From the human T2T-CHM13v2.0 reference genome, Homo sapiens, in the NCBI RefSeq assembly GCF_009914755.1, contig NC_060934.1: a stretch of DNA of 64,000 nucleotides; one strand, 5' to 3'. Shown here piece by piece: positions 13,655-25,083 of the stretch. How positions within the stretch are numbered: position 1 is the stretch's first letter; each line of letters starts with the position of its first letter. The notes under the pieces are model-generated. The model made no database searches. It was given only the letters and a program-made list of their open reading frames with translations, and was not told the origin of the DNA. A program made the position numbers and the translations under genes.

Positions 13655-14604
13655 ATCCCAAGATTCCTAAGGCCCTTCCAGGGCTGGCAATCCAAGCAGA
13701 GGTGGGTGAGCCCCGGTCTGCCTCCCCTCTGGTTGCTGTGGGTGTCCAGGCATGGGTGTGTCCTTTAGTGCTCATGGTTCAGAGTAAGCGTCAGGAAACC
13801 TTGGCCTTGTTACTATTTTGAGTGTTCTCAGGGACCCTTTAAGGCACAGTCCAGGAACGAAAGTCCTCAAGTGACCTGGAAGAGGATGTTTCATTGGCCC
13901 AGAGAGTACTAGCCTGAGATGAGGAAACTGAGACCCAGAGAGGCTGAGGGTAGAGGGAACCAGGGGAGACTGTTGCTCGCTGGCCCCATGGAGGAAGGAG
14001 GGAGTTTTCTGCAGATTCAGGAGGGATGGAAGGAGTGGTGCTCCCAGACCCAAGGCCCTATCCTGAGAGACGGGTGTCTGCATGTGGCAGGCCTTTATCA
14101 CAATTGTTGCCGGCCACTGAAAACTCTGCCCAGCGTTTGTCAGTACAACAGACTGACATCCTAGGTGCCAGTCAGAGAGGTCCAAGGCTCTGTGGGTCTA
14201 GAGGAAGTGCTTGAGCCCCCCACTGGTGGCCACCTTTCTTGAAGAGCTTGGCCAGGTTCAGCCGTGGAGCCTGTCCAAAGTGAGGATGCATGCATAGGCT
14301 CTGGGATGCAGGGGCCAGACGGGGCTGGCTGCAGTCCCTCCTTGGCTTGTCATGCCTGGGTGGCAGCTGAAAAAATCCTCACACCTGCTGGACAGACCCA
14401 AGGCCTGCTTTACTCACCCACACATACCTTGACTTGACTTGTGTGCCCAGGTGTTTGAGAGAAAAGTCCTGAAAGAACAGCACCCAGGAATCCAGAGGGA
14501 GTAGGGCCCAGTGTGGGGGCTCCCCTGCTGGAGTGTGGGAAGCAGCCCGGTCACTGCGTCCTTGCTCTCTCTTGTTCATCCTCAAAATGTCCCAGAGGTT
14601 GCTG

Positions 14605-14715
14605 TTGGAACCCTCACCTTACAGAGGTGGATACCAAAGCTCAGAGAAGTAACATAGTCCAAGCCACAGCGCTTAAAAAGTAGTAGAGCCAGGACTCAAA
14701 GCAAGCTAGGCCAGC
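14605..14715 (-). mobile_element. MIR fragment
   Basis: TTACAGAGGTGGATACCAAAGCTCAGAGAAGTAA...AGTAGAGCCAGGACTCAAA. Confidence 0.6.
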
Positions 14716-14799
14716 CTCCCAGCTGCTTTGTTTCCACTCTTCCACACAGAAGTCTGATGTCTGACCCTATCTGGGATGGATCATTCATTCATTCACTTA

Positions 14800-15188
14800 A
14801 TTTCTTTTCTTTTCTCTTCTTTTCTCTTCTCTTCTCTTGTCTTCTCTTCTTTCTTTCTGTCTGCCTTTCTTTCTTTCTCTTTCTTTCATTTGTCTTTCTT
14901 TTGTTCTTTATTTTTTTGAGACGGAGTTTCGCTCTTGTTACCCACGCTGGAGTGCAATGGTTCAGTCTCGGCTCACTGCAATCTCCGTCTCCTGGGTTCC
15001 TGCCTCAGCCTCCCGAGTAGCTGGGATTACGGGCGCCGGCCACCATACCTGGCTAATTTTCATATTTTTAGTAGAGATGGGTTTCACCATGTTGGCTAGG
15101 CTGCTCTCGAACTCCTGACCTCAGGTGATCTGCCTGCCTCGGCCTCTCAAAGCACTGGGATTACAGGTGTGAACTACTGCGCCCTGCC
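14800..15188 (-). mobile_element. Alu SINE (AluSq/Sp-like) with tail expanded to ~115 bp of TTTC-rich microsatellite, inserted into an L2 3' end
   Basis: GAGACGGAGTTTCGCTCTTGTT diagnostic; TSD CACTTAATT(T)CT at ~14794 and ~15190; L2-type TCATTCATTCATTCA upstream. Confidence 0.92.
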
Positions 15189-15707
15189 ACACTTAATTCT
15201 ATCAGCCCACCTGAGCTAGGTGCGGGGGCACAGCCGTGCACAGCAACATGAGGGCTCATCTCACAGCACTGACAGAAAGCAGCCTCATCCAGTGAACTGC
15301 CTCTGCCGTGAATTCTACAGTGACCCAGCTTTCGAAACCGCTTGCAATGAGGACACCTATTCTAATTAAGAATGGTCAAGCTGGACTTCCTTGAGGAGGT
15401 CAACTTTGAGCTGAGTTAGGTGGCCTCCTAATGCCTCTGTTTTCTTGTCTGTAAAATGGGAATAATGGAAATCCCCATTGTGTCTCCTCCAAGGGCTGCT
15501 CTCAGGAGCCTCTCATGGGAGGTGATGGTAAGGGTCTTTGCAGACATCCTCTGAAAGTAGAATTACAAAGGCCCAGGAAAGAATGCTGGGCCAGGACCTC
15601 ACATCACTCTTGGTCAAGGCCTTTTAAAATGCATTTACCCACCATCCCCCTTCAGCGAGACCAGAACACACCGGCTTCAGGGACTGGGCTCTCCCTATAT
15701 TCCTCAG

Positions 15708-16155
15708 TGTTGAATAAAAGATAGAGACAGAATCTCTAAATTTAAAAACTTTTCTTCAGGAGGCAAGAATTGCAATTCAGGGCATACAGACCAGGTGGTC
15801 TTTGTTATGTCCAAAGAACAAAAAGAAGGTTAAAGAATTTAGAGAAATTTTATATATTGTTCTGCAAGAAAGTTCATTAGATTAGCACTAGTAAAGTTTT
15901 GGGGAGCTGGCAAGCTCCGATTGGTGAGTGATGGTGGTGGATACAACTAGTCTTAAAGTTGCAGTAGGTTGTTTCAGTAGCTGTTAGATAAAACTGGTTT
16001 CAGGTGGCAGCAAGCAGTTTCAGCAGCCAGGCTGGCAGAGAATTCAATCCTCGGAGCAATGTCATGTGCCCTGAGGGCTTTATCCTCCTGGCCTCTGGAC
16101 TCTGTTTTAGTTGGGTATGGCAAGAATGACCCAATTTGTGTGATCAACTTTTACA
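15708..16155 (-). mobile_element. ERV1 solo LTR (MER4 group, MER65/MER72-like)
   Basis: TG...CA ends; reverse complement starts TGTAAAAGTTGATCACACAAATTGGGTCATTCTTG; 4-bp TSD TCAG/TTAG (one mismatch); subfamily uncertain. Confidence 0.75.
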
Positions 16156-16634
16156 TTAGTAAGAGCTTGAACCACAGGCCTGGGAGAGCCAAGCCTGGCT
16201 CTGACTCCAGCTTCTTCCACTGATGTCTTTTCAGTGACTTTCAATGAGCTCAGGATGCCAGGAGCCCAGATGGCCGGCTCTTCCCCATCAGTATCTTTGT
16301 CTTCACTATTTGGTCACCCAGTGAGTCTCTTAGGCTGGGAGTTCAGTTTACATTCCAGGCCCCAAAGCCACAAATAAAGGAGACTCCTGCCAGCCCAGGG
16401 TTTCCAGAGATGCCCTGCAGAATCCTCAAGAGGCACCTGTCTCTCAGCCTCCCAAGTCAGAGGCATCTTCACAGAAAGGTAGAGCACTGGTAATTTCTAG
16501 AATCCTGATTCCACATGTATCCCTCCCTCTGGCAGAAGACTGAAATTCCACTAGTCTATGCTTTAAAAATGTACTATCCTTGCTGTGATTTTAAACTACA
16601 TCCACAAATTTGTTACTCCTCTCTCCAAGAAGTA

Positions 16635-16852
16635 TCCTCACATGGCCTCCTTAGAGGACACCAGTCATATTGGGGTAGGGTCCGCTCCACCCCAGCAAGA
16701 CCTCATTTTGATTGGTTACATCCACAATGACTTTGTTTCTAAGTAAGCTCATATTCTAAGGTGTTAAGACCTGGGATTTCAGCATATCTTTCTTTTTTCT
16801 TTTTCTTTTTTTTTTTTTTCCCGAAGTGGGAGACACGATTCAACTCGGTACA
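16635..16852 (-). mobile_element. MLT1 (B/C-like) MaLR LTR fragment
   Basis: AGGACACCAGTCATATTGGGGTAGGG...GACCTCATTTTGA...GGAGACACGATTCAAC. Confidence 0.75.
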
Positions 16853-16935
16853 CATCCTTTTTCATTTTTTTCATTTTCTGTAGTGAGAAGTCAGGCAAGG
16901 CTTCAATGATTCTGCTTCCTTAAAGTTTGTAAAAC

Positions 16936-17502
16936 TGTTGGCAACTGTTGTGAGACCTCGGTTCTTGTCTTCTTAGTTGAAAAGAATTTAAACAGGAGAC
17001 ACACAGCAAAGGAGATGCAGCATAGAGCAATTTACTGCACAGGAGAAAGAGTACTTTGTAAGCGAAATGCAGAGTAGACAACACCCTGAGAGCATGCAGG
17101 GTGAATGTTTGTAAAGATGAGACAACATTGACCATTAATGGGAAGATCCCTTATGGGAGTCTTCTGTGATTATTCATAAGGGGGTGGGAGAGGTGTTGCT
17201 AGTTAGCATGTTCTGGGTGCTCCTCTGGGTGCACATGCACTGTAGCTGTACATGCTTGCTCATACGTCGCATGTCTCATTAGCATCTTAAATCTCCACCC
17301 AGGGCTGTGTTTTTTACTATTATAAAAAAGGGTCAGTTTGAGGACAGGTAAAATCAAAATGCATGTACCCTCTACAGGGGAAAGTCCTTACCGGAGGCAG
17401 CTTTGCTGGAATGAGCTTGACTACAGCGCATATTGTGTGTTGACGGTGAGGTCTCCATGGTTGCTGCCTCCCAAGGACATGGTTATGTCCCTGACTATCT
17501 CA
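16936..17502 (-). mobile_element. ERV1 solo LTR, MER66-like
   Basis: Reverse complement starts TGAGATAGTCAGGGACATAACCATGTCCTTGGGAGGCAGCAACCATGG; TG/CA ends; perfect 4-bp TSD AAAC (16932-16935, 17503-17506). Confidence 0.85.
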
Positions 17503-17799
17503 AAACTGCTGATCTAGTGGGAAAACCCCTGGAAGAAAAGTGGCTCTAGTAAATGCTTGAATGAATGAAAGGGTGAGCAACAGCGTCCCTGCACTGGCAT
17601 GGCTCACGCCGCACTCCCCGGCAAGTTGGCACCCTGCTCAGGGTTTACGCCCTGGAAAGCAAGATGGACCCAGTCATTCCCAGTGGTGAGGTGATGCCAG
17701 GGAGCAGGCTGCTTGTCCTGAAAGGAAACCTGGAGTGAAATGCTGGTCTGCCCTTTGCTGGAGGAGAGACTTTCAGGAAATCATTCATTCAACAGATTC

Positions 17800-18044
17800 T
17801 CTTTCATAAATTTTAAAAGAAATTTTGTGGGTACATACTAAGTGTATATATTTATAGGATTCATGAGATGTTTTGATATATGCGTGCAATGTGAAATGAC
17901 CTCATCATGAGGAATAGGGTCTCCATCCCCTCAAGCATTTATCCTTTGTGTTGTAAACAATCCGATTACATTCTTTTAGTTATTTAAAAATGTACAATTA
18001 AGTTATCATTGACTATAGTCACCCTGTTGCGCTATCAAATTGGA
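17800..18044 (-). mobile_element. L1MA (MA1-4-like) 3' end, heavily 5'-truncated, inserted into an L2 3' end
   Basis: TTTTGTGGGTACATA...CCATCCCCTCAAGCATTTATCCTTTG...GACTATAGTCACCCTGTTG; 11-bp TSD TCAACAGATTC (17789-17799, 18045-18055); L2 sequence AAGTGCCTACTATGTGCTGG follows. Confidence 0.88.
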
Positions 18045-18299
18045 TCAACAGATTCCTATTAAGTGCCTACTATGTGCTGGCAATTGTGACAAATGAGGAA
18101 TGGATCAGACAGGAAGACTAATCCGGGACCTGTCCCCACGAAGACTACAGTCTAAGGGGGACATGCAATCCCACTCACTTCACAAAAATCCAACCTGCCA
18201 AATGCTTGGAAGGAGAGAGGCGTGGTGCTCTGAATGCCTCCCAGAAGCCAGAGCCCGCTCAGGGTTACAGGGCTGGAGGCAGAGTGGCTTCAGTGCAGC

Positions 18300-18668
18300 G
18301 TTAAAGGCTCAAATGCATTCCCTCCAAAACTCATACTTTTGAGACCTCAGAAAGTGGCTGAATTTGGAGAGAGCCTTTAACAAGGGAATTAGAACTAAAT
18401 GAGGTCATTAGGGTGGCCCTAATCCAATCTGACTGGTGTCTTTATAAGAAGAAGAAATTAGGACACAGGCTTCACACAGAGGAGAGACCACGTGGTGACA
18501 CAGAGTAAAGGTGGCCATCTGCAAGGCAAGGAAGGAAGACTCAAGAAACCAGCCCTGCACACACCTTGATCTCAAACTTCCAGCCTCCAAAAGAGTGAAA
18601 AGGCACATTCCTGTTGTTGCAGCCCCCAGCCTGTGATACTTTGCTATGGCAGCCCTATCAGATTATCA
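18300..18668 (+). mobile_element. MLT1B-like MaLR solo LTR
   Basis: AATGAGGTCATTAGGGTGGCCCTAATCCAATCTGACTGGTGTC, CACCTTGATCTCAAACTTCCAGCCTCCA, TTTGCTATGGCAGCCCTA. Confidence 0.87.
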
Positions 18669-18948
18669 GCTACAAGAAGGGAAAAGCATCCTGGCCAAGG
18701 GAACAGCATATGCTAAGTCCCTGGGGTAGAACAGAGAGTGGAGGATGCAGAGGCTCAGAGGGCACTGCAACTGGGGCATAGAAAGGGAGGGAAAGTGAGA
18801 CACAGGAGGGTAGGGAGAGGGCCCAGGCAGATTCCCAGCTCAGGGGCTTACTAACAAATCTTCTCGTAAGAGAAATACAAGGGCATTATGTGTGGGGAGG
18901 GAGGAAGACTGGCTGACCAGCTTGGCATTCCAGAAACACCCCCATAGC

Positions 18949-19380
18949 TGAAGCAGGAGAATAGGGTCTGTGGACAGGGAGCCTAAGGGCTTCCTAGAAC
19001 TGAAACAGTAGAACCCCAACTTTCTACAACTGAGTATAGAACTTTGTAATTCTGCTTCAGCTATGACAGGAAACATCTCCTTCACTCACATAGGGTGTAC
19101 ACCAAGTAAATCACTTTGTAACCTCCCTCAGCCTCTTCATTTGCATAGAGAATACACCAAGTAACCAATGGGAAGCCTCTAAAGGATATTTAAACCCCAG
19201 AAAATTCTGTAACCTGGCTCTTGAGCCCCTTGCTCAGGCCGCCCCCACCCTGTGGAATGTGCTTTCGTTTTCAATAAATCTCTGCTTTCGTTGCTTCATG
19301 CTTTCCTTGCTTTGTTTGTGCGTTTTGTCCAATTTTTTGGTTCAAAACACCAAGAACTTGGACACCCTCCACTGGTAACA
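18949..19380 (+). mobile_element. ERV1 solo LTR, MER51 family
   Basis: TGAAGCAGGAGAATAGGGTCTG start, CACCAAGAACTTGGACACCCTCCACTGGTAACA end, AATAAA at 19273; TSD TAGC/TATC. Confidence 0.88.
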
Positions 19381-20604
19381 TATCTGCTGTGTGGAAGGGG
19401 GTCAGGCAAAGGCAATGAGGCCAGTGAGGGGGGAGCACGGAGGCACATAGAGGGTCCCAGGTGCAGGCAGGAGGGCAGGTTGGTCTCCACCTGTGAAACG
19501 AGGGCAGTATTGTGCACAGTACAATCTCTCAACAATTGCCATTTGTGATTTACTTCATTGTTTGACCCCATTAGACTGGGAGGGGAGTTCTCTTTTGGTT
19601 CTGAAGTTATACACCTAAGCTATAAACTAATGTTAGTGCTCATCTTGGTATAATGGAGATAGCCTGAGAAATGTAGTCAAATGCCTGCTGCTTTCAGCAC
19701 GACTGCTCCTGACCTCAGTGAATGGGCCTGAGGACTCTGAGGAAGTGCTAGGTGTTCGGGATTATTCAACTCAGGGGAAGTCCAGCTTCTTGTCCATTTA
19801 CAATCTCTTCTCGTTCCATTCTGTAAATAAGGGTGGCCATGGCTTCCACATTTTATTTGACTGAAAATTTAAGGATTAAAAGCATTCATGTCTAAACTTG
19901 TTGATTTATTTCACTAGGCCATCTTGACCAAACAAATGACTAATTCAAAAAATTGTTTTCTTTATAATAGTAATATTGTTTTAGTGGAAAAAGGATAGGC
20001 CAGAGTTTACCAAACTGTATTCTAGAAAACATTAACATCTTACAAAATCATAATAGCAACTATTATGGCTGACATTTATTGTTTACTTCAGGTTGGCTAT
20101 TGGGCTTAGTAATTGTCACATGTTACATAAGGCTGATAGTTTCTTCTTTGCAAAAAAGGATTGTAGAATATTTTCATTTTCTTCTTGGCAACTCATGATA
20201 CAGATTGTTCCTGAGTAGTTTTACAGGGAAAAACATATTTCATTTTGTTTCTCTGTTGTTGTCCTTAAAAACACAATTCGGGGAAAATGGTATGAGATTT
20301 TAAAACTTGGCAGCTTCACTGAAGGTTTCGACGTCAGTCATGTTGTATGGGTTTTATTGTAACAGATGGTACAGGTAAAAAGCAAAAGGTAATTAAATTA
20401 TAGACCAATAGTTCCAGAAAGGGCCTCGGGAAAGCCTTCCTTGTTCAACGGCAGAAGCTGAGCGGTGAGATGACTGTCCCAGGCAGGTGGAGTGGGGCTG
20501 GGATGGGCTCTACCTCCCCGTCCGCCAGCACCTCCCTGTCCCCACCCGCAGGTGTCAGTGGGAGGCCTCCCCTGGGCTCAGCTGAGCCAGGGTGTCTGGG
20601 AGCA

Positions 20605-20753
20605 GTGCCAGAGAAAATAAAGGACACTCAGTGAAATTTGAATTTCAGATAAACAATAAATAACTTTTAGTATTAATATGTCCCATTTGTTACTTATCTA
20701 AAATTCATATTTAATGGAGCTGTCTGCATTTTTATGTGCTTAATCTGGCAACC
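20605..20753. mobile_element. MER53 palindromic MITE (centrally deleted)
   Basis: TGCCAGA...AAATTTGAATTTCAGATAAACAA...TTATCTAAAATTCATATTTAA...TCTGGCAACC inverted arms. Confidence 0.8.
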
Positions 20754-21959
20754 AGTGCCTGAGCCCTGGACCAGCATCTATCTGCCCTCCAGCTTCCTCC
20801 TGCCCAGGGACACAGGGCCTGCTGAAGCTGCTTGGGATGCCAGTTCCCACTGCCTTCTACCCCTGAACAATGCCTCTGACGCCAGGAAGACCCAGACGTC
20901 CACTCTGGGGAGCAGGGGTAAGGAAGTCATCTTTACAAAAGTATGTAAGGTTGGTCACATCCGTCCTCACCCATGCTCACATCCTCTCCACGCCCTCTGG
21001 CCATGAGCCGAGCTATTCCTTCAACCGCCACGGGGACTCCACGGCAGCGTTGTAGGGCTCTGCAGGACCTTCCCCATGGGAAGCATACAGCCCACTGCAG
21101 TTTCTCTATTCCACAAGCTCCAGGCTCTGCCAAGCTGGTCCTGTCAAGGACAGTGGGCTGACCCCACCTGGGGCCTCGGCTCCACGTCACCTTCCAGGGA
21201 TAGGGTGGAACCCCCGGCTCACAGTTCCTCCTCCTTTTGCCATTCATTCCCTGCTGCCTGAGTGGTCTCTGAAACCCTTGCTGGCTTGTTCTTCAACCTG
21301 GCCTTGAGACTTGAACAGGCTTGCCCAATGTGTCCATCTCCAGGAGGGTTCCTGAGAGAAAAGAGGCCAGTGCCATCTGCCTCTCCAACTCCACCATAGG
21401 CCTGTGTCTGACCACAGCGCTGCTGATGGTCTACCCCCACCCACACACTCAACCTCAAGCCGCTGGAGAGAAGGCACCATCTCTTTCATCCATCGAGTCC
21501 CAGCACCTGGCTGGATGCCTGGCAGAGCAGGCTGTCTGTGCTCTGTGGCTGGGTGGTGGGCAGATCAATGAGAAGGTCAGAGACACCCCTGTGCCCCCCT
21601 ACTCACAGCCTCTCCCACCCAACCTGTACTCCATAAAGTTTGCTCTTTAAGGCTAGAACTGATGATTCCCCTTGAGTCCCTGCAACTGGTCCCCAAAACA
21701 AGAAGGCATCACAGTGAGGGGAGGCAGAGGGAGCTGCTCAGTGTGGCTTTTCTTTCCCTGCAAATGGTGCCTTTCCTAGCTTTAAAGAGGCCATGGGGAG
21801 AGTGGGAACAGGCCACTGAAGGACCCTGAGCAAGGCACAGACCCCGTTCCGGGCACACTCTCCCTCAGTGATCAGGAGAGTGGCCAGGCAGCCTGCGGAC
21901 ATGGCTACGGGCACAGACACAGGGCCTTGAGAGTGGCCCACAGGCATCTTCTCAAATCC

Positions 21960-22025
21960 ACACTCCCTGTCACCTGGACAATGCTGTGTTATGGGGACTG
22001 TCCTGTGCATTTTAGGATATTGTCC
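21960..22025 (-). mobile_element. MER20 fragment
   Basis: CTGTGTTATGGGGACTGTCCTGTGCATTTTAGGATATTG is the reverse complement of a MER20 internal segment. Confidence 0.7.
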
Positions 22026-22372
22026 CAAAGAACCTTAAGGACCAAGAGGGGGTCCAGGAGAACAGCTGGGCAGATGGGGCCGAAGGCAAAACCCTGAAAG
22101 CCAGGTGAGGACAGCTTTTCCACAACGCATCAGACTCATTTTCCTAAAGACACTGGCTGCCGTCTCTTCCAGAAGGTAAACAAAGAACCTGCTCTACTAT
22201 GAAACCAGCATCCCTTAGAAAAGTACCACATGGCTGGGGTCAGCTCCACCGAGGACTCTCTAAATATGTTGGCCACTTAAGCTCAATTTTCCATTACCAG
22301 TAACACGCACAGCTCACGTGTGTACACACACACACAAATGCCACCACCCTGTCCCCACACAGGTCTCTACTC

Positions 22373-22593
22373 CAGTGGATCTCACTCAGGGTGATTTTGC
22401 TCCATGGGGAGCATTTGGTAATGTCTGGAGACATCTCTGCTTGTCACAGCTGGGGGCAGGGAAGGTGCTTCCGGAATCTAGTAGGCAGGACTAGGGACGC
22501 CGCTCAATATCCTAAAATGCCCAGGACAGTCCCTGCAACACAGAATGATTTAGCTCAAGACCTCAGCAGTGCCCAGGGTTAGAAACTCCACTG
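22373..22593 (+). mobile_element. MER20 hAT-Charlie element, near full length
   Basis: CAGTGGATCTCA...GATTTTGC...ATTTGGTAATGTCTGGAGACA...GGTTAGAAACTCCACTG with CAG/CTG termini. Confidence 0.88.
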
Positions 22594-22776
22594 TAACATT
22601 GTGAAGCTGCCTCCAAACTTTTGCAAAAAGAGATCTTGGAATTTCCAGTTGGCTTCCCTGGGGCTGTATAAACCAGATGTCTGTATAAATCAGTTTACAT
22701 AGACACCTGCAGAAAGCTGTCTGCTTGTGATGAAGCAGCCCCTCTTTTTCAACTACTTTGTAAGTGAAGCTGTTGT

Positions 22777-22780
<4 letters not shown>

Positions 22781-22813
<33 letters not shown>
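22781..22813. repeat. (AC)16 microsatellite
   Basis: Perfect AC run. Confidence 0.97.
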
Positions 22814-22814
<1 letters not shown>

Positions 22815-24420
22815 CTCTGGATAATGCATGTTCATTTTTCTCTTCATTTTCTCTCCTGAGCTACAGTCATTTTGGGCAATGCCAAGAATGACTGTGGAGA
22901 CACATTCGGACCCCTTAATTAAGGACGCTAGAGGATGCCCCCGAGGCCCATGTGTGATGGCAGGATTCCTTCAGAACTCACATGCAGAATGGAAATGGGA
23001 ATCAGAAGTCTATTTTCCTTTTGTCTGGTGTTTAATGCCTTTTCTTCTGGTTGACAGACTTGAACTTTAAAAGACGGATGATGATGAAAGAACAATTGAT
23101 GTGTCATTTGACAAATGGCAAAATTTGTCTTTTCACTAATTTAGACTAATTTCTCACTGCAATTACTCCCCATTGTCATGGGGGGATTCTCACTAGGGTG
23201 GTCTCCTAATTATTAGTACAAATGAAAGACACCAAGAAATTTTGTGCAAAGAAAAATACTCAGCCTTGTTATTGGTTTGGCGGAGGTGGGTGTTTCTCAC
23301 TCACATACATCAGAAAGCTCTAAGAAAAGCAAATAGGAAGGGACTTATAATTTTCTTCATTGAAGTGAGTCATATTTTTGAAACTACAGAAACTCATTAT
23401 TTAATTTGGAAAAGTTTGGAGGAGAAATTCCATTCTTCCTCATTTCTGTGGAGTCGCGGTGACAGAAGCTCAGTGAGCTGACTTGGGTTGGTGATGGTTG
23501 TTTTTCCGTTCAAAGAGATGTAACAGAAAGGAGGCTCCAGACATTCTCATTTTTCTTCTCTCTCTTTGCTAACAAGCTTTTCAAATGCTGGAAAAAAAAA
23601 AAGAATAAATAAATAAAAAACAAACCAGCAGTGGAGAAATGCTGATTAAGTTGTCATGCTGAAATTATACAGCAGATAGATCCTTGGACACTTGCCAGAA
23701 ATTGCACTTGGAAGAAAAGAAACCAGCTTCATCACCAGACATTTTCTTTGGAGAAGGAGCACTGCAGAGCGGGCACAGAGAAATCTTTTGTGTAGCGTCT
23801 GTGACAGCAAGAGGTGAAGTCTCCATCAGCAGCCGGCGGGCGAGCAGGAGGGTTGGGGTCCAGATGCAGGGTGAAGGAACTTCACTTCCAAGGGAAAACT
23901 GGACATGAGTCCCTAGAGGTGACAGCCTCCTGTGAGTGAATCATCTAGGTCTCAATTTGGGAAAATACAGGGATCAAGGAATCCACTGGGGTTGCCCACT
24001 CTTGGGGACACAGCAAGCAGACTGCACCCCATCGGCGTCTCCTGTGAAACCCCAGTGCACCCCTCTTCCTCTCCACCAATCACAACAGCCCTTCTTTGAA
24101 AACAGCATTTGTAGGCAGGACATTTTTTTGGTTTTATTTTAAAGCATCAGTCAGTCCCGAGTTCTTAGCTCTGAGGTATGCATATTAATTTCATAATGAC
24201 AAAAACCTTGTCTTGTTCTGTTAAAAGACAGATGTCTCTGTGTCCTACTTTTTATCAACTAAGTGGTTTTATTAACAAAACATCTCTGTAAAATGAAGAT
24301 CTTTGTTCTGGAAGGCATGTGATTCTAAATGTTTTCTTTTTATGCCTTTTTATTATGCTTTATTAGCTGTGATATCCTTAACCATAAATTAAAAGGATTT
24401 AAAAATATCCCTATACATTA

Positions 24421-25083
24421 TAAGGAAGGGGTCCAGTTTCAATTTTCTGCATATGGATAGCCAGTTCTCCCAAAACCATTCACTAAATAGGGAATCCTTT
24501 CCGCATTGCTTGTTTTTGTCAGGTTTGTCAAAGATCAGATGGTTGTAGATGTGTGGTCTTATTTCTGAGATCTCTATTCTGTTCTGTTGGTCTATGTGTC
24601 TGTTTTGGTACCAGTACCATGCTGTTTTGGTTACTGTAGCCTTGTAGTGTAGTTTGAAATTGGGTAGTGTGATGCCTCCAGCTTTGTTCTTTTTGCTTAG
24701 GATTGTCTTGGCTATACAGGCTCATTTTTGGTTCCATATGAATTTTAAAGTAATTTTTTCTAATTCTGTGAAGAATGTCAATGGTAGTTTACTGGGAATA
24801 GCATTGAATCTATAAATTACTTTGGGCAGTATGGCCGTTTTCACAATATTGATTCTTCCTATCCACAAGCATAGACTGTTTTTCCATTTGTTTGTTTCCT
24901 CTCTTATTCCCTTGAGCAGTAGTTTGTAGTTCTCCTTGAAAAGGTCCTTCACATGCCTTGTTATCTGTATTCCTAAGTATTTTATTCTCTTTGTAGCAAT
25001 TGTGAATGGGAGTTCATTCATGATTTGGCTCTCTGCTGGTCTATTGTTGGTGTATAGGAATGCTTGTGATTTTTGCATATTGA
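24421..25083 (-). mobile_element. L1PA ORF2 segment, inverted 5' part of a twin-primed insertion
   Basis: Minus-strand translation [15 protein letters not shown]...[16 protein letters not shown]...[24 protein letters not shown] is L1 ORF2p. Confidence 0.95.
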
